Positions 41,272 to 52,310 of a DNA stretch of 54,283 nt are shown in pieces. A program made the translations under genes and the position numbers. Positions within the stretch are counted from its first letter, which is position 1. Every line of letters begins with the position of its first letter. Under the pieces are notes generated by a model. That model did no database searches, had not been told where the DNA came from, and saw only the letters and a list, made by a program, of their open reading frames with translations. Origin of the DNA: Myxococcota bacterium (GTDB lineage: Bacteria > Myxococcota_A > UBA796 > UBA2385). Where the stretch lies: contig JBIJDH010000037.1 in NCBI GenBank assembly GCA_044344255.1, forward strand, positions 1-54,283, in the 5' to 3' direction.

Positions 41272-41952
41272 ATGTCCCTCCGCATCTCCCGCTCCTTCTC
41301 GATCCTCCTCGGCGTGGCCGCCCTCGGCTTCGCCATGTCCAGCAGCACCTCCTTCGCGAAGAAGGACAAGGGCGGCGACGCCGCGGAGTCCGCCGAGGCC
41401 GTCGTTGAGGCCCTCGTGATCGAAGACACCGGCATCGAGGGCATCGACAAGGTCTTCGCTCCCGCCAAGCAGATGATCACGAACCTCACCACCGCCCAGA
41501 CCGGCCTCAAGGCCTTCAATGACGGCCTCACCACCGCCATGGGCCTCCCCGCTGGCACCCCCATCGCCGACGCCGTCGCCGAGCTCAAGAAGGCCGCCCC
41601 CGGCATGCTCAAGGTGACCATGGACGGCATGAAGCCCAAGGTGGAGGTCAAGCCCGAGGCCCCCGAGAACGTCAAGAAGGCCGTGGAGTCCATCAACGCC
41701 GGTGGTGAGGGCATCGTCGCCACCATCACCGCGGTGAAGGACATGCCCGAGCAGATCAAGGCGACCATCGACGCCGCCAAGGGCCTCCCCGCCGCGATCC
41801 CCTCCATGGGCATCAAGGCCACCCAGATCCCCAAGGCCCTCAAGACCGTCGGCAAGAACGCCGGCACCGTCGGCAAGATCCCCGGTGAGGCCAAGAAGAC
41901 CTCTGACGCCGCCATGATGTCGATCGACGCGATCAAGACCCTCGGCGGCTGA
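41272..41952 (+). CDS. Secreted Lys/Ala-rich hypothetical protein, probably highly expressed
   Basis: AAAGGA RBS, Sec signal ending TSFA, strongly C-ending/AAG codon bias. Confidence 0.85.
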   Translation: MSLRISRSFSILLGVAALGFAMSSSTSFAKKDKGGDAAESAEAVVEALVIEDTGIEGIDKVFAPAKQMITNLTTAQTGLKAFNDGLTTAMGLPAGTPIADAVAELKKAAPGMLKVTMDGMKPKVEVKPEAPENVKKAVESINAGGEGIVATITAVKDMPEQIKATIDAAKGLPAAIPSMGIKATQIPKALKTVGKNAGTVGKIPGEAKKTSDAAMMSIDAIKTLGG

Positions 41953-42056
41953 TCTCGCACCTCCTCGCCGGGGCCCTCGGGCCCTGACGCTTGAACGGCG
42001 CCCTCGGACCCCCGACGGCGCCGTCTCTCGTTCTGGCGGGCGGTTAGGGCGGCGCC

Positions 42057-42554
42057 ATGCAGATCATCTCGACGCAGATCAGCCGACGAAGGATGCTGGG
42101 GCTCGGGTTGGTGGGGGGCGCAGGCACCCTGCTGATCGGCATCCTCCCCGTGTTCAGCCGCGAGGAGGCCGTGCTGGACGCCATCGCAGACCGCCTCTTC
42201 GGCCGGAGCGGGATGCCCACCCCCTCCGAGGTCGAGGCGGGGCGCCACGCCTGGGCCTTCGCGATGAACCTCCCGGCGGACGTGCAGCTCCAGCTCCGCG
42301 GGCTGCTGCGCCTGATCGAGTGGGGGGCCCTGCCCCGTTACGGCGCCCGCTTCACGGCCTTGGATCCGGAGCAGCAGGACGAGCTCCTGCGCGCGATGTC
42401 GGAGGCGGAGGCGACGCTCCCCCGCATGGCCTTCCAGGGCCTGAAGTCGATCTGCGCCTTCGGCACCTTCCGCCACCCGAAGTTCTGGGCCGCGATCGGC
42501 TACGACGGGCCCACCATCGGGGCCGCCGCCTGGGACGACGGAGCGGCCCCTTGA
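42057..42554 (+). CDS. Gluconate 2-dehydrogenase subunit 3-like accessory protein (Tat-like signal)
   Basis: SRRRMLG, RFTALDPEQQDELL, WAAIGYDGP; coupled to the GMC gene. Confidence 0.75.
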   Translation: MQIISTQISRRRMLGLGLVGGAGTLLIGILPVFSREEAVLDAIADRLFGRSGMPTPSEVEAGRHAWAFAMNLPADVQLQLRGLLRLIEWGALPRYGARFTALDPEQQDELLRAMSEAEATLPRMAFQGLKSICAFGTFRHPKFWAAIGYDGPTIGAAAWDDGAAP

Positions 42555-44008
42555 GGCTGCGCGCCGAGGTGGTCGTCGTGGGCTCGGGGGCCGGCGGCGG
42601 GGCGGCGGCCCGAGAGCTCGCGCTCGCCGGGCGGGACGTCCTCCTCCTGGAGATGGGCGAGCACCACGACCGGATGAACCAGCGGGAGGAGGTGATGATC
42701 CCGCGGCTCTTCCAAGACGGCGGCGGGCGCATGACCGCGGACGGCTGTATCGGCGTCCTCCAGGGGAAGGGCGTGGGCGGCTCGACCGTCCACAACCTCA
42801 ACCTCTGCAAGCGTGTGGCGGCGCCGATCCTCGCCCGCTGGGAGGCGGACTACGCCCTCGAGGGCTTGGCGGCGCGCCTGGAGGGCCACTACGCGGAGAT
42901 GGAGCGCCTCCTCCGCGTCTCCTTCGTCCGCGACGACCAGGTCAACCGCGCCAACGCGCTGTTCTCGGAGGGCTGCCGGGCGCTGGGCCTCCGACAGGCG
43001 CGGCTGATGCACAACCGCACGGGCTGCGTGGGCTCGGGCTTCTGTGAGCTCGGCTGCGCCTACGACGCCAAGAACAACAGCGCAAAGATCCTCATCCCCG
43101 AGGCCATCGCCGCCGGGGCGCGGCTGCTCACCGGCCACAGGGTCACCGCCGTCCGCAGCCGCTGGGGCCGGGTGACCGGCGTGGAGGGCCTCACCGAGGC
43201 GGGCGAGCGCTTCGTCGTCGAGGCCAAGGCCGTGGTGCTGGCCGCGAGCGCCACCGCCAGCACCGCCCTCGTCTTGGCGAGCGGCCTGACCGATCGGCGC
43301 CGACGGAGCGGCCTTGGCCTGCACCTCCACCCGGGGAGCACCGTCGTCGCTCGCTTCGAGGAGCCCGTGCTCGCCTGGAAGGGGGTGCCCCAGTCGGTCG
43401 AATGCACCGAGCTGCTCGACCCCACCGATCCCGCGCGGCGGGTGTGGATCCTGCCGGGCTTCGCCCACCCCGCCGGCTCCGCGGGCCTGATGACCGGCTT
43501 TGGTGACACGATGGTCGGCCTGCTCCAGCAGTTCCGCTACCTCGCCGCCTCGGTCTCGATGTTGCACGACTACGGGGCGGGCTCGATCACCGCCACCCGT
43601 GACGGCCGGCCGCGCATCCACTACCGCCTCGACCCCGAGGACGGCCGGGCGATGGCGCGCTCCTTCGCGATGAGCGCCCGCCTCTGGCTCGCCGCGGGGG
43701 CCCGCTCGGTCTGGATCCCCGGCCAGGTCCCCGTCGAGGTGCGCACGATGGCCGAGGCCGAGCGCCTGGAGATGTGGGCGCTCCGCCCCTTTGACCCTCC
43801 CCTTGTGGCCGTCCACCCGATGGGGGGGCTCGCGATGTCGGGTGATCCAAAGAAGGGGCCGACCGATCCCGATGGCCGTCACCGGGGCGCCCAGGGCCTC
43901 TATGTGGCCGATGGCAGCTTGTTCCCCACCTCGATGGGTGGCCCGCCGCAGCTCACGATCTACGCCCTCGGGCGGATGGTCGGGCAAGTGGTGGCCGCCG
44001 AGCTGTGA
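42551..44008 (+). CDS. GMC-family oxidoreductase
   Basis: GSGAGG, GKGVGGSTVHN, CVGSGFCELGC, HPMGG, YVADGSLFPT; TTG start overlaps the upstream TGA. Confidence 0.92.
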   Translation: MRLRAEVVVVGSGAGGGAAARELALAGRDVLLLEMGEHHDRMNQREEVMIPRLFQDGGGRMTADGCIGVLQGKGVGGSTVHNLNLCKRVAAPILARWEADYALEGLAARLEGHYAEMERLLRVSFVRDDQVNRANALFSEGCRALGLRQARLMHNRTGCVGSGFCELGCAYDAKNNSAKILIPEAIAAGARLLTGHRVTAVRSRWGRVTGVEGLTEAGERFVVEAKAVVLAASATASTALVLASGLTDRRRRSGLGLHLHPGSTVVARFEEPVLAWKGVPQSVECTELLDPTDPARRVWILPGFAHPAGSAGLMTGFGDTMVGLLQQFRYLAASVSMLHDYGAGSITATRDGRPRIHYRLDPEDGRAMARSFAMSARLWLAAGARSVWIPGQVPVEVRTMAEAERLEMWALRPFDPPLVAVHPMGGLAMSGDPKKGPTDPDGRHRGAQGLYVADGSLFPTSMGGPPQLTIYALGRMVGQVVAAEL

Positions 44009-44021
44009 GGCCGCAGGCGGC

Positions 44022-44618
44022 TCAGGCCATCGACCGGTAAGCGCGCCGCGCGGGCACCGAGACCAGACGGTCCTCCTCGAGGAGGTAGCCCGTCAGCCGC
44101 CCGCCGTAGACGCAGCCGGTGTCGAGGCCGAGCGTGCGCGGCCGGTGGTCCTGGAGGCCGCGGACCGCGTCGTGGCCGTAGATCACGAGGCGGTCGCCGG
44201 TGTATCGCTCCCACCAGAAGGGGTTGCCCGGCGTGTCGTCGGGGAAGCGGCGCAGCACGAGCGCCATGTCCCGCGGCGTGCCCTCGCGACCGAGGGTGGG
44301 GTGGAGGCCGGCGTGGACAGCGATCCAGCCCGGTCCCTCGATGAACAGCGGCAGATCGCGGATCCAGGCGCGACAGGAGTCCGGGAGCCCCGCCGCGGCG
44401 CGATCCGCGCCCCAGGCTCGGAGGAGGCGGTCCTCGTGGTTTCCCATCACCGCCTCGGCGCCCATCTCGGAGACGTAGCGCCACACGCCCAGGTTGTCCG
44501 GACCCTTTCGGAAGAGGTCTCCGACGAGGATCAACCGCGTCGGCCGCGCCTCCCGCACGAGCGCCGCCAGCTCATCGGCGCAGCCGTGCACGTCGCCGAT
44601 GAACAAGGTCCGCGACAC
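44022..44618 (-). CDS. Metallophosphoesterase (ApaH/PrpE-like)
   Basis: GDVHG, GDLF, GNHE, HAG, GH, LDTGCVYGG. Confidence 0.92.
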   Translation of the reverse strand: MSRTLFIGDVHGCADELAALVREARPTRLILVGDLFRKGPDNLGVWRYVSEMGAEAVMGNHEDRLLRAWGADRAAAGLPDSCRAWIRDLPLFIEGPGWIAVHAGLHPTLGREGTPRDMALVLRRFPDDTPGNPFWWERYTGDRLVIYGHDAVRGLQDHRPRTLGLDTGCVYGGRLTGYLLEEDRLVSVPARRAYRSMA

Positions 44619-47600
44619 TCAGCCCTCGGGAGCCGCGGGGGAAGCCGCCAGGGGTAGATCGGTGCGGTCGGTGCGCTGGAGGTCCTGAAGGCGGACTGGC
44701 CGCAGGTCGCCGGCGCGGAGGGTGCGGATCGCCTCGACGACGGCCGCCGCGGCCCGGAGCGTGGTCACGCAGGGAACGCCGAAGCGCAGGCCGGCGAGCC
44801 GCATGCTGGCCTCGTCGCTGACGCCCTTGCGGCCGAGCGGGGTGTTGATCATCAGCTGGACCCGCCCGTTGCGCACGTGGTCGACGATGTCGGGGCGGCC
44901 CTCCTTGACCTTGTTCACCCGCGTGGACGGGATGCCCGCCGCCATCAGCGCGGCGTGGGTGCCGCCGCTGGCGAAGAGCACAAAGCCCATCTCGGCGAGG
45001 GGGCGGGCGATGTCGGGCAGCGCGTGCTTGTCGGCGTCACGCAAGGAGAGGAAGACCCCGCCCTTCGTCGGCAGCTTCATGCCGGCGCCGATCAGCGCCT
45101 TGGCGTAGGCCTCGCCGAAGGTGCGGCCGATGCCCATCACCTCGCCCGTGCTGCGCATCTCGGGCCCCAGCACCACGTCGCGCACCGTGAAGCGCCGCCA
45201 CGGGAAGACCGGCGCCTTGACGTGGAACATCCCTCGGTTGTCCGAGGGGAGGAGCTTGAAGTCGGCGAGGCGCTCGCCGAGGCAGAGCCGGGTCGCCAGG
45301 CGAGCGAGGGGCACGCCGGTCGCCTTGCTCACGTAGGGCACGGTCCGGGAGGCGCGGGGGTTGACCTCGATCACGTAGACCACGCCGCGCTGAACGGCGA
45401 ATTGGACATTGACGAGGCCGATGACGCCGAGGCGGAGGGCGAGGCGGGTGGTGGCCTCCTCCATCTGCTGCCGGTTGACCGCCGAGAGCACGACTGGCGG
45501 CATCGAGCAGGCCGAGTCGCCCGAGTGGATGCCCGCCTCCTCGACGTGCTCCATCACGCCCGCGATGTAGACGTCGACGCCGTCGGAGAGCGCGTCCACG
45601 TCGTACTCCACCGCGCCCTCGAGGAAGCGGTCGAGCAGCACCGGATGGCGGTCGCTGGCCGTCAGCGCCTCCTCGAGGGCGGCGAGGAAGTCGTACTCCG
45701 AGTAGCAGATCTGCATGGCTCGGCCGCCCAACACGTAGGAGGGCCGAACGAGCAGCGGGAAGCCGATGCGCGCGGCGGCGCGGATGGCCTCCTCGCGGGT
45801 GGCGGCCATCGCCCCCTCGGGCTGTCGGATGCCGAGCTCGCCGAGGAGCAGGTTGAAGCGCTTGCGGTCCTCGCAGAGATCGATAGCGTCGGCCGAGGTG
45901 CCGAGGATGGGGCCGATGCGGTGCGAGAGCTTGAGCGGGGTCTGTCCACCAAACTGGAGGATGATCCCGCGGGGGTTCTCCCGCCGGATCACGTTGCCCA
46001 CGTGCTCGGCGGTGATGGGCTCGAAGTAGAGCTTGTCCGAGGTGTCGTAGTCGGTGGAGACGGTCTCGGGGTTGCAGTTGACCATCACGCTCGTCAGCCC
46101 CGCCTCGCGCACGGCGAAGGCGGCGTGACAGCAGCAATAGTCAAATTCGAGGCCCTGACCGATGCGGTTCGGCCCGTTGCCGAGGATGATCACGCGGTCG
46201 GTGGTGGATTCGCCGGCCTCGTCCTCGGTCTCGTAGGTCGAGTAGAGATAGGGGGTGAAGCTCTCGAACTCGGCGGCGCAGGTGTCGATGCGCTTGAAGA
46301 CGGGCTGGATGCCGTCCTCGCGGCGGCGCGTGGCCACCGCCTCCTCCCCGGTGGCGAGGATGCGGGCGATGTGCTCGTCGGGCATGCCGAGGCGCTTGGC
46401 CCGGCCGAGCTCCTCGGCGGAGATGGTCGAGAGGAAGCGGCCGTAGAGCTGCTGCTCGGCGGCGACGATGAGGCCCATCTGGTTGAGGAACCACCGGTTG
46501 ATGCCCGTGGTGCGCTGGAGCGCCGTCGGATCCCCGCCGCGGCGCAGGGCCTCGAAGACCGCGGGGAGGCGGTCGGGCGTCGGGATGGCGAGCTTCTCCT
46601 GGAGCTGGTCGTCATCCCAGCCGCTGGCGTCGGGGTAGCCGCCTTCGAGGCTGGAGATCGCCTTGAGCAGCGCCTCGGGGAAGCTGCGGCCCACGCCCAT
46701 CACCTCGCCCACGGACTTCATCTGGGTGCCGAGAGTGCGGTCTGCGCCCGGGAACTTCTCAAAGTTCCACCGAGGGATCTTCACCACGACATAGTCGAGC
46801 GCCGGCTCGAAGCAGGCCGGGGTCACCCGCGTGATGTCGTTCTGGATCTCGTCGAGGGTGAGGCCGACCGCGAGCTGGGCGGCGATCTTGGCGATCGGGA
46901 AGCCGGTGGCCTTGCTGGCGAGCGCGCTCGACCGGCTGACCCGCGGGTTCATCTCGATGATGACGATCTCACCGTCGGCGGGGTTTACGGCAAACTGTAC
47001 GTTCGAGCCGCCCGTCTCGACGCCGACCGCCCGCAGCACGAGCAACGCCTGGTCGCGCAGCTTCTGGTACTCGCGGTCGGTGAGCGTCTGTACGGGGGCG
47101 ACGGTGATGGAGTCCCCGGTGTGGACGCCCATGGGGTCGAAATTCTCGATCGAGCAGACGATGATCGCGTTGTCGACCCGATCCCGCATCACCTCGAGCT
47201 CAAATTCACCCCAGCCGATCACGCTCTGCTCGACCAGGACCTGGCGGATGGGAGAGAGGTCCAGCCCGAGGGCGACGATCTCGCGGAACTCGTCGAGGTT
47301 GTAGGCGACGCCGCCGCCGTGCCCGCCGAGCGTGAAGGAGGGCCGGATGATCGCCGGCAGGCCGACCAGCTCCAACATGCTCTCCGCCTCGGTGAGCGTG
47401 TGGGCGACGCCGGAGGCGCAGACCTTGAGCCCGACCTCGATCATGCGCTGCTTGAACTTCTCACGGTCCTCGGCCACCTCGATGGCCTCCGGGCGGGCGC
47501 CGATGAGCTCGACCCCCTCCGCGGCGAGCACGCCGGCCTTGTGGAGCTCGAGGGCGAGGTTGAGCCCGGTTTGGCCGCCCACGGTGGGCAGGATGGCGTC

Positions 47601-47915
47601 CGGGCGCTCGCGACGGATGACCTCGGTGGCCACCTCGAGCGTCAGCGGCTCGATGTAGGTCGCGTCGGCCACGTCGGGGTCGGTCATGATCGTGGCGGGG
47701 TTCGAATTCAGCAGGACCACCCGGTAGCCGAGCGCCTTCAAGGCGATGCAGGCCTGGGTGCCGGAGTAGTCGAACTCACAGGCCTGCCCGATGACGATGG
47801 GCCCCGACCCGATGACGAGGATGCTCCGAAGGTCCTTTCGCAGCCCCGAGGTGGTGGTTCGAGGCGCGGCGGCGCGCTCCGAGGGGCTGGGCGTCAGCGC
47901 AGGGGAGTTGGGCAC
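44619..47915 (-). CDS. carB: Carbamoyl-phosphate synthase large subunit
   Basis: [17 protein letters not shown], two ATP-grasp halves, C-terminal MGS domain; GTG 47915 follows GGAGG. Confidence 0.99.
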   Translation of the reverse strand: MPNSPALTPSPSERAAAPRTTTSGLRKDLRSILVIGSGPIVIGQACEFDYSGTQACIALKALGYRVVLLNSNPATIMTDPDVADATYIEPLTLEVATEVIRRERPDAILPTVGGQTGLNLALELHKAGVLAAEGVELIGARPEAIEVAEDREKFKQRMIEVGLKVCASGVAHTLTEAESMLELVGLPAIIRPSFTLGGHGGGVAYNLDEFREIVALGLDLSPIRQVLVEQSVIGWGEFELEVMRDRVDNAIIVCSIENFDPMGVHTGDSITVAPVQTLTDREYQKLRDQALLVLRAVGVETGGSNVQFAVNPADGEIVIIEMNPRVSRSSALASKATGFPIAKIAAQLAVGLTLDEIQNDITRVTPACFEPALDYVVVKIPRWNFEKFPGADRTLGTQMKSVGEVMGVGRSFPEALLKAISSLEGGYPDASGWDDDQLQEKLAIPTPDRLPAVFEALRRGGDPTALQRTTGINRWFLNQMGLIVAAEQQLYGRFLSTISAEELGRAKRLGMPDEHIARILATGEEAVATRRREDGIQPVFKRIDTCAAEFESFTPYLYSTYETEDEAGESTTDRVIILGNGPNRIGQGLEFDYCCCHAAFAVREAGLTSVMVNCNPETVSTDYDTSDKLYFEPITAEHVGNVIRRENPRGIILQFGGQTPLKLSHRIGPILGTSADAIDLCEDRKRFNLLLGELGIRQPEGAMAATREEAIRAAARIGFPLLVRPSYVLGGRAMQICYSEYDFLAALEEALTASDRHPVLLDRFLEGAVEYDVDALSDGVDVYIAGVMEHVEEAGIHSGDSACSMPPVVLSAVNRQQMEEATTRLALRLGVIGLVNVQFAVQRGVVYVIEVNPRASRTVPYVSKATGVPLARLATRLCLGERLADFKLLPSDNRGMFHVKAPVFPWRRFTVRDVVLGPEMRSTGEVMGIGRTFGEAYAKALIGAGMKLPTKGGVFLSLRDADKHALPDIARPLAEMGFVLFASGGTHAALMAAGIPSTRVNKVKEGRPDIVDHVRNGRVQLMINTPLGRKGVSDEASMRLAGLRFGVPCVTTLRAAAAVVEAIRTLRAGDLRPVRLQDLQRTDRTDLPLAASPAAPEG

Positions 47916-48052
47916 GGGACCTCCGGTCGCCAAGGGGCGGCCCGCCTAACCGATCCGCCCGGTCCGGTAGGCCCGACAGCCGCCCCCGACACACCCTCGG
48001 GCGGCGATTCACACAGATGTTGGGCTACACTGGCCCTTCTACCGGAGCCTCG

Positions 48053-50023
48053 ATGCGTCATCCCAGCCTCGCCCTGTTGATCAGCCTCGCCGCCTGCTCG
48101 GAGTACGACATCGTCGGCAAGGAGAATGACCAGCCTGGGCGGGACACGGCCGATCCCGAGCCCACCGACACCGATGAGCCCGTCGACACCGGCACCCCGA
48201 TCCCCGACGAGGAGTGCAACGGGGTGGACGACGACGGCGACGGGATGATCGACGAGGGCTACGACGACGTCGACGGCGACGGCATCGCCGACTGCCTCGA
48301 CGACTCCTGTGACGCCACAGACGCCGTCGAAGGCGAGATCGACATCGTCGACGCCTGCCTCCCCTACGATCCGGGCGAGGTCGCCGATCCCTGGGATGTC
48401 AGCGTCGAGTGGGAGTACCGCGGCGGCTCCGACTACTCCGTGGTGAGCCCGGTCTTCGGCCAGCTCACCGACGACAACGCCGACGGCGTCATCGACACCG
48501 CCGATGTCCCCGACATCGCCTTCACTGGCTACTACACGGGCAAGCTCGTGGTGGTCTCTGGAGACGGCGGGACGCTCCATTGTAGCAAGACCGGCCTCCG
48601 CTCCGACGGCGGCGTGGCCATCGGCGACATCGACGGCGACGGCAAGAACGACATCGTCGGCCCGATGGCCGACGGCCACATCGCGGCCTTCGACGGCGCC
48701 TGCAACCTCAAGTGGAGCTCGGCCTCCACCTACGGCTTCCTCTACCCGGTGTGCACCCTCGCCGATCTCGACGCCGACGGTGACGTCGAGGTGATCTGCG
48801 ACAACGGCGTGGTAGACGGGGCCACCGGCGCCCACGTCGCCACCCTCACCCCGAGCAACGCCTCCCTCTGGCGCACCCCCGCCGTCGGTGACCTCGATCT
48901 CGACGGTCAGCAGGAGATCGTGCTCGGCGACAGCGTGTTCAGCAGCAGCGGCGCCCGCCTCTGGAGCACCACCCCCGGCTCGAGCGCTTACTCCTGCTTC
49001 TCGGCGATCATGAACGTCGACGCCGACAACGAGGCCGAGATCGCCTTCTCTTGCGGCAACAAGTTCACCGTCCACAACCACGACGGCTCGGTGGTCTTCA
49101 CGAGCGCGCTGACGGTGGCCAACCCTGGCCCCCCCTGCGCCGGCGACATTGACGGTGACGGTCAGGTCGAGATCATCGCCCCCAACGGTAGCAAGCTGAT
49201 GGCCTTCAACCACGACGGGAGCTCCCTCTGGCAGAAGGTGATGCAGGACTCCTCGGGGGCCGCCGGCTGCGCCGTCTTCGACATGAACGGTGACTCTGTC
49301 TACGAGGTGATCTTCGCCGACGAGGTCGCCCTGCGGGTCTACGACGGGGCGGCGGGCACCGTCCTCTATGAGAACCGCACGCACGGCTCGGTCACCTACT
49401 TCGAGACCCCCACCATCGGGGACGTCGACAACGACGGCTCGGCTGAGATGCTCGTGGTCAACAGCAGCGGCAGCTACGGCATGCTCACCGTCTTCGGGCA
49501 CGGCGGCTCCGGCTGGCCGGCGGCGGGCCCCACCTGGGGCATCCACGACTACGCGGCCACCAACCAGGACGCCGACGGGGGCATCCCCACCAGCCCCACG
49601 CCGAGCTGGCTGGCCTACAACATCTTCCGCGGGCGCCCCTCCCAGGACACCCCCGGGACGGCCGATCTCATCGTCTCCATCCTCGACGTCTGCGTCTCCT
49701 CCTGTGACCCCGTCGTGGGCACCGTGGGGATCAGCTACCAGGTCTCGAACCAGGGGGGCGCCGACAGCGACACCGACGTCGTGCTCAGCCTCTACATGCT
49801 CGACGAGACGGGCGCCGAGGCGCTCTACACGACTGTGGTCATCCCCACCATCGGCGCCGGGGCCTCGCTCGCCAGCGGCGAGTTCGTCATCCCGCTCACC
49901 GAGCTCGGCGCGGGCGGCTTCCGCCTGCGCATCGACGACGACGGCGCGGGGGGCTCCGCCCTCCTCGAGTGTGACGAGACGAATAACGAAGCGTCGAACG
50001 CCGAGTCGTACTGCGGCTTCTGA
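48053..50023 (+). CDS. Lipoprotein with a putative metal-binding motif, FG-GAP/VCBS-like repeats and a CARDB-like end
   Basis: Lipobox LAAC; EECNGVDDDGDGMIDE; repeated GDIDGDG..EI; ECDETNN. Confidence 0.88.
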   Translation: MRHPSLALLISLAACSEYDIVGKENDQPGRDTADPEPTDTDEPVDTGTPIPDEECNGVDDDGDGMIDEGYDDVDGDGIADCLDDSCDATDAVEGEIDIVDACLPYDPGEVADPWDVSVEWEYRGGSDYSVVSPVFGQLTDDNADGVIDTADVPDIAFTGYYTGKLVVVSGDGGTLHCSKTGLRSDGGVAIGDIDGDGKNDIVGPMADGHIAAFDGACNLKWSSASTYGFLYPVCTLADLDADGDVEVICDNGVVDGATGAHVATLTPSNASLWRTPAVGDLDLDGQQEIVLGDSVFSSSGARLWSTTPGSSAYSCFSAIMNVDADNEAEIAFSCGNKFTVHNHDGSVVFTSALTVANPGPPCAGDIDGDGQVEIIAPNGSKLMAFNHDGSSLWQKVMQDSSGAAGCAVFDMNGDSVYEVIFADEVALRVYDGAAGTVLYENRTHGSVTYFETPTIGDVDNDGSAEMLVVNSSGSYGMLTVFGHGGSGWPAAGPTWGIHDYAATNQDADGGIPTSPTPSWLAYNIFRGRPSQDTPGTADLIVSILDVCVSSCDPVVGTVGISYQVSNQGGADSDTDVVLSLYMLDETGAEALYTTVVIPTIGAGASLASGEFVIPLTELGAGGFRLRIDDDGAGGSALLECDETNNEASNAESYCGF

Positions 50024-50029
50024 TCGGGC

Positions 50030-50632
50030 TCAGGGCCGCTTCGCCGTGGCGAGGAAGACGGGGTATCGCCGCCCCTCCTTCTCCACGACGCAGGCGGTCT
50101 CGACGGCGACGTCCACGAAGCCCGCCGCCTCCAGGGCGCGGGCGAAGGCGCCGACCTCGAAGCCGTGGTGGAACACGCCCTCCATCCCAGCGGGGTGAAA
50201 GGTGCCGTCCTCCGCTTCGAGGTCGGCCAGCGCCACGCTTCCGCCCTCCTCGAGGTGCGCGTACAGGGCGCGGAGCAGCGCCGCGGTGTCGCGCACGTGG
50301 TGCATCGCCATCGCGCTGATGATCAGCCCCACCTGCCGCCCGAGGGGCGCCTCCAGGAGGTCGTGGCAGATGGGCTCGACCTTGCCCTGGAGCTCGGGCT
50401 TGAGGGCGAGCTGCTCGAGCATCGCGGGCGACACGTCCACCGCGAGGATCGCGCTGACCCGGGGCGCGACGCGGCCGGTCAAGAGGCCCGTCCCTGCGCC
50501 AAAGTCGAGCACGGTGAGCTCCGGCCGGAGCGGGACGCGCGCGAAGAGGGCGGCGCTCACGCCCGTGGAGATCTGCAGGGGGACCGGCCGGGAGTCCCAG
50601 TCGGCGGCCTTGTCGGCGAAGAGGTCGGTCAT
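50030..50632 (-). CDS. Class I SAM-dependent methyltransferase
   Basis: VLDFGAGTG, VDVSPAML, SAMAMHH. Confidence 0.92.
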   Translation of the reverse strand: MTDLFADKAADWDSRPVPLQISTGVSAALFARVPLRPELTVLDFGAGTGLLTGRVAPRVSAILAVDVSPAMLEQLALKPELQGKVEPICHDLLEAPLGRQVGLIISAMAMHHVRDTAALLRALYAHLEEGGSVALADLEAEDGTFHPAGMEGVFHHGFEVGAFARALEAAGFVDVAVETACVVEKEGRRYPVFLATAKRP

Positions 50633-50758
50633 CGGGTGGCCGGATGGAGCGAGGGCTCGGTGGGGAGGGACTGGTGCCTAACACCTGCGGGGTCCCGTCC
50701 GTCGATGGCGCCTCTCGCGGCGGGGCGGCCGGGATAGGCTCCGAGATTGGGAGGTCTG

Positions 50759-51289
50759 ATGCGCCCGAAGGTCACCGTCTACATCGCCACCAGCCTGGAC
50801 GGCTTCATCGCCCGAGAGGATGACGGCCTCGACTGGCTGGGGAGCGTGCAGGTCGAAGGCGAGGATTACGGCTACGCCACCTTCATGGCCTCGGTGGACA
50901 CCCTCATCCTGGGGAGAAAGACCTGGGACGTCGTCACCGCCTTTCCAGAGTGGCCCTATGCGGGAAAGCGGGTCATCGTGCTCAGTCACCGCCCTATCGA
51001 GCCGCGGGACGGCGTGGAGCGATACGAGGGCCCCCTCGGTCCCCTGCTCCACCGCCTCGTGGGCGAAGGCGTTGGCCACGTCTATCTCGACGGCGGCGCG
51101 GCGGTTCGGCAGGGCCTATCGGAGGGGGTGGTGGATGAGCTCATCCTGTCCCTCCTCCCCCACCTCCTGGGTCGCGGTCGGCCCCTCTTCGGCCCCGAGG
51201 TGCCCGAGGCCGGCTGGGCCCTCCTCTCCGCGACGCCCTATCCGGCCTCGGGCCTCGTGCAGCTCTGGTACGCCGCGCGCCGAAGCTGA
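50759..51289 (+). CDS. Dihydrofolate reductase-like (RibD C-terminal) protein
   Basis: YIATSLDGFIA, LGRKT, YLDGG, GRGRPLF. Confidence 0.92.
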   Translation: MRPKVTVYIATSLDGFIAREDDGLDWLGSVQVEGEDYGYATFMASVDTLILGRKTWDVVTAFPEWPYAGKRVIVLSHRPIEPRDGVERYEGPLGPLLHRLVGEGVGHVYLDGGAAVRQGLSEGVVDELILSLLPHLLGRGRPLFGPEVPEAGWALLSATPYPASGLVQLWYAARRS

Positions 51290-51317
51290 GCCGCGCTCCC
51301 CCTGTCTCAGGGCTCCC

Positions 51318-52235
51318 CTATCCGAACCGCCGCTCGAGCACGAGGCGCGGAGAGGGGGCGAAGCCGAAGCGGTAGAGGAAGCGGAGGAGGGCGAGGTCAT
51401 CGTATCGGACCTCGGTCTCCAGCCACTCGACGTCGATGGCGGCGAGGTTGTCGATGAGCTGATTGAGCAGGGCCCGCGCGAAGCCCCGGCCGGTGAAGCG
51501 GGGGTCTACGCCGATGGTGTCGAGGGTGGCCACCGGGGTCAGCTTGCCGTAGACGCCGTGGTCTACGCGCACGGTGGTGAAGCCCACCGCGGCGCCGTCG
51601 TCCTCGACGACGAGGGACACGGTGATGGCCGAGTCGCGCAGCGCCTCGTCCACCCGGCGGGCGAGGTAGGCGCTGCGGTCGACGCCGGTGATACGCTGGT
51701 CGATGCGCTGCAAGGCGGGGAGATCTCCGGGCACGAGATGTCGGACCAGCGGCGGGTGCAGCTCAATCTCCTCGTCCGTCTCGGGCAGGGGCAGGCGGTG
51801 CACCGCTCGGCTGACCACCACGGTCCGGCTGAGGGAGAAGCCGGCGTGGTCGAGGAAGCCGGTCATCCCGTGGTCGTGCCAGTCCACCTGGGTGAGCAGG
51901 GCATGCAGGCCCCGGGCCTGGGCCAGCTCGACCAGGGCCGCGACCATCTTGTGGCCGAGGCCGTGGTGGCGGGCGGAGGGGTCCACCCCGATCGTCTCGA
52001 GCAGCAGAACGTCCTCGGGGCGGCCGTACTCCCCGCCTGCGAGGCGGGCCAGGAGGAAGCCGATCAGGCCCTCCTCACCGTCCACCGCGAGCTGCAGGTG
52101 GCGGCGCGGCTGCCGGAGGGCCGAGGCGAGGCGCTGGTTGAACCAGCCGCGCCGCTCACGGCCGGTGATTTGCCGATCAAGGGAGACGACCGCCTCGAAG
52201 TCGGCGCGGCCAAGGGGGCGAAGCTGAACGGACAT
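51318..52235 (-). CDS. Tandem GNAT acetyltransferase
   Basis: Two repeats with ETIGVDP..HHGLG and DTIGVDP..GRGFA. Confidence 0.88.
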   Translation of the reverse strand: MSVQLRPLGRADFEAVVSLDRQITGRERRGWFNQRLASALRQPRRHLQLAVDGEEGLIGFLLARLAGGEYGRPEDVLLLETIGVDPSARHHGLGHKMVAALVELAQARGLHALLTQVDWHDHGMTGFLDHAGFSLSRTVVVSRAVHRLPLPETDEEIELHPPLVRHLVPGDLPALQRIDQRITGVDRSAYLARRVDEALRDSAITVSLVVEDDGAAVGFTTVRVDHGVYGKLTPVATLDTIGVDPRFTGRGFARALLNQLIDNLAAIDVEWLETEVRYDDLALLRFLYRFGFAPSPRLVLERRFG

Positions 52236-52310
52236 GGGCGCTCCTGGACGTCGGCCCCGTAACGGAGCGCCGCAAGCGGCACTCCTGACCTGGCTCACGG
52301 TTTTGCCGGG

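Noticed and set aside
44877..48080. 1067-aa plus-strand ORF
   Set aside because: Antisense shadow of carB.
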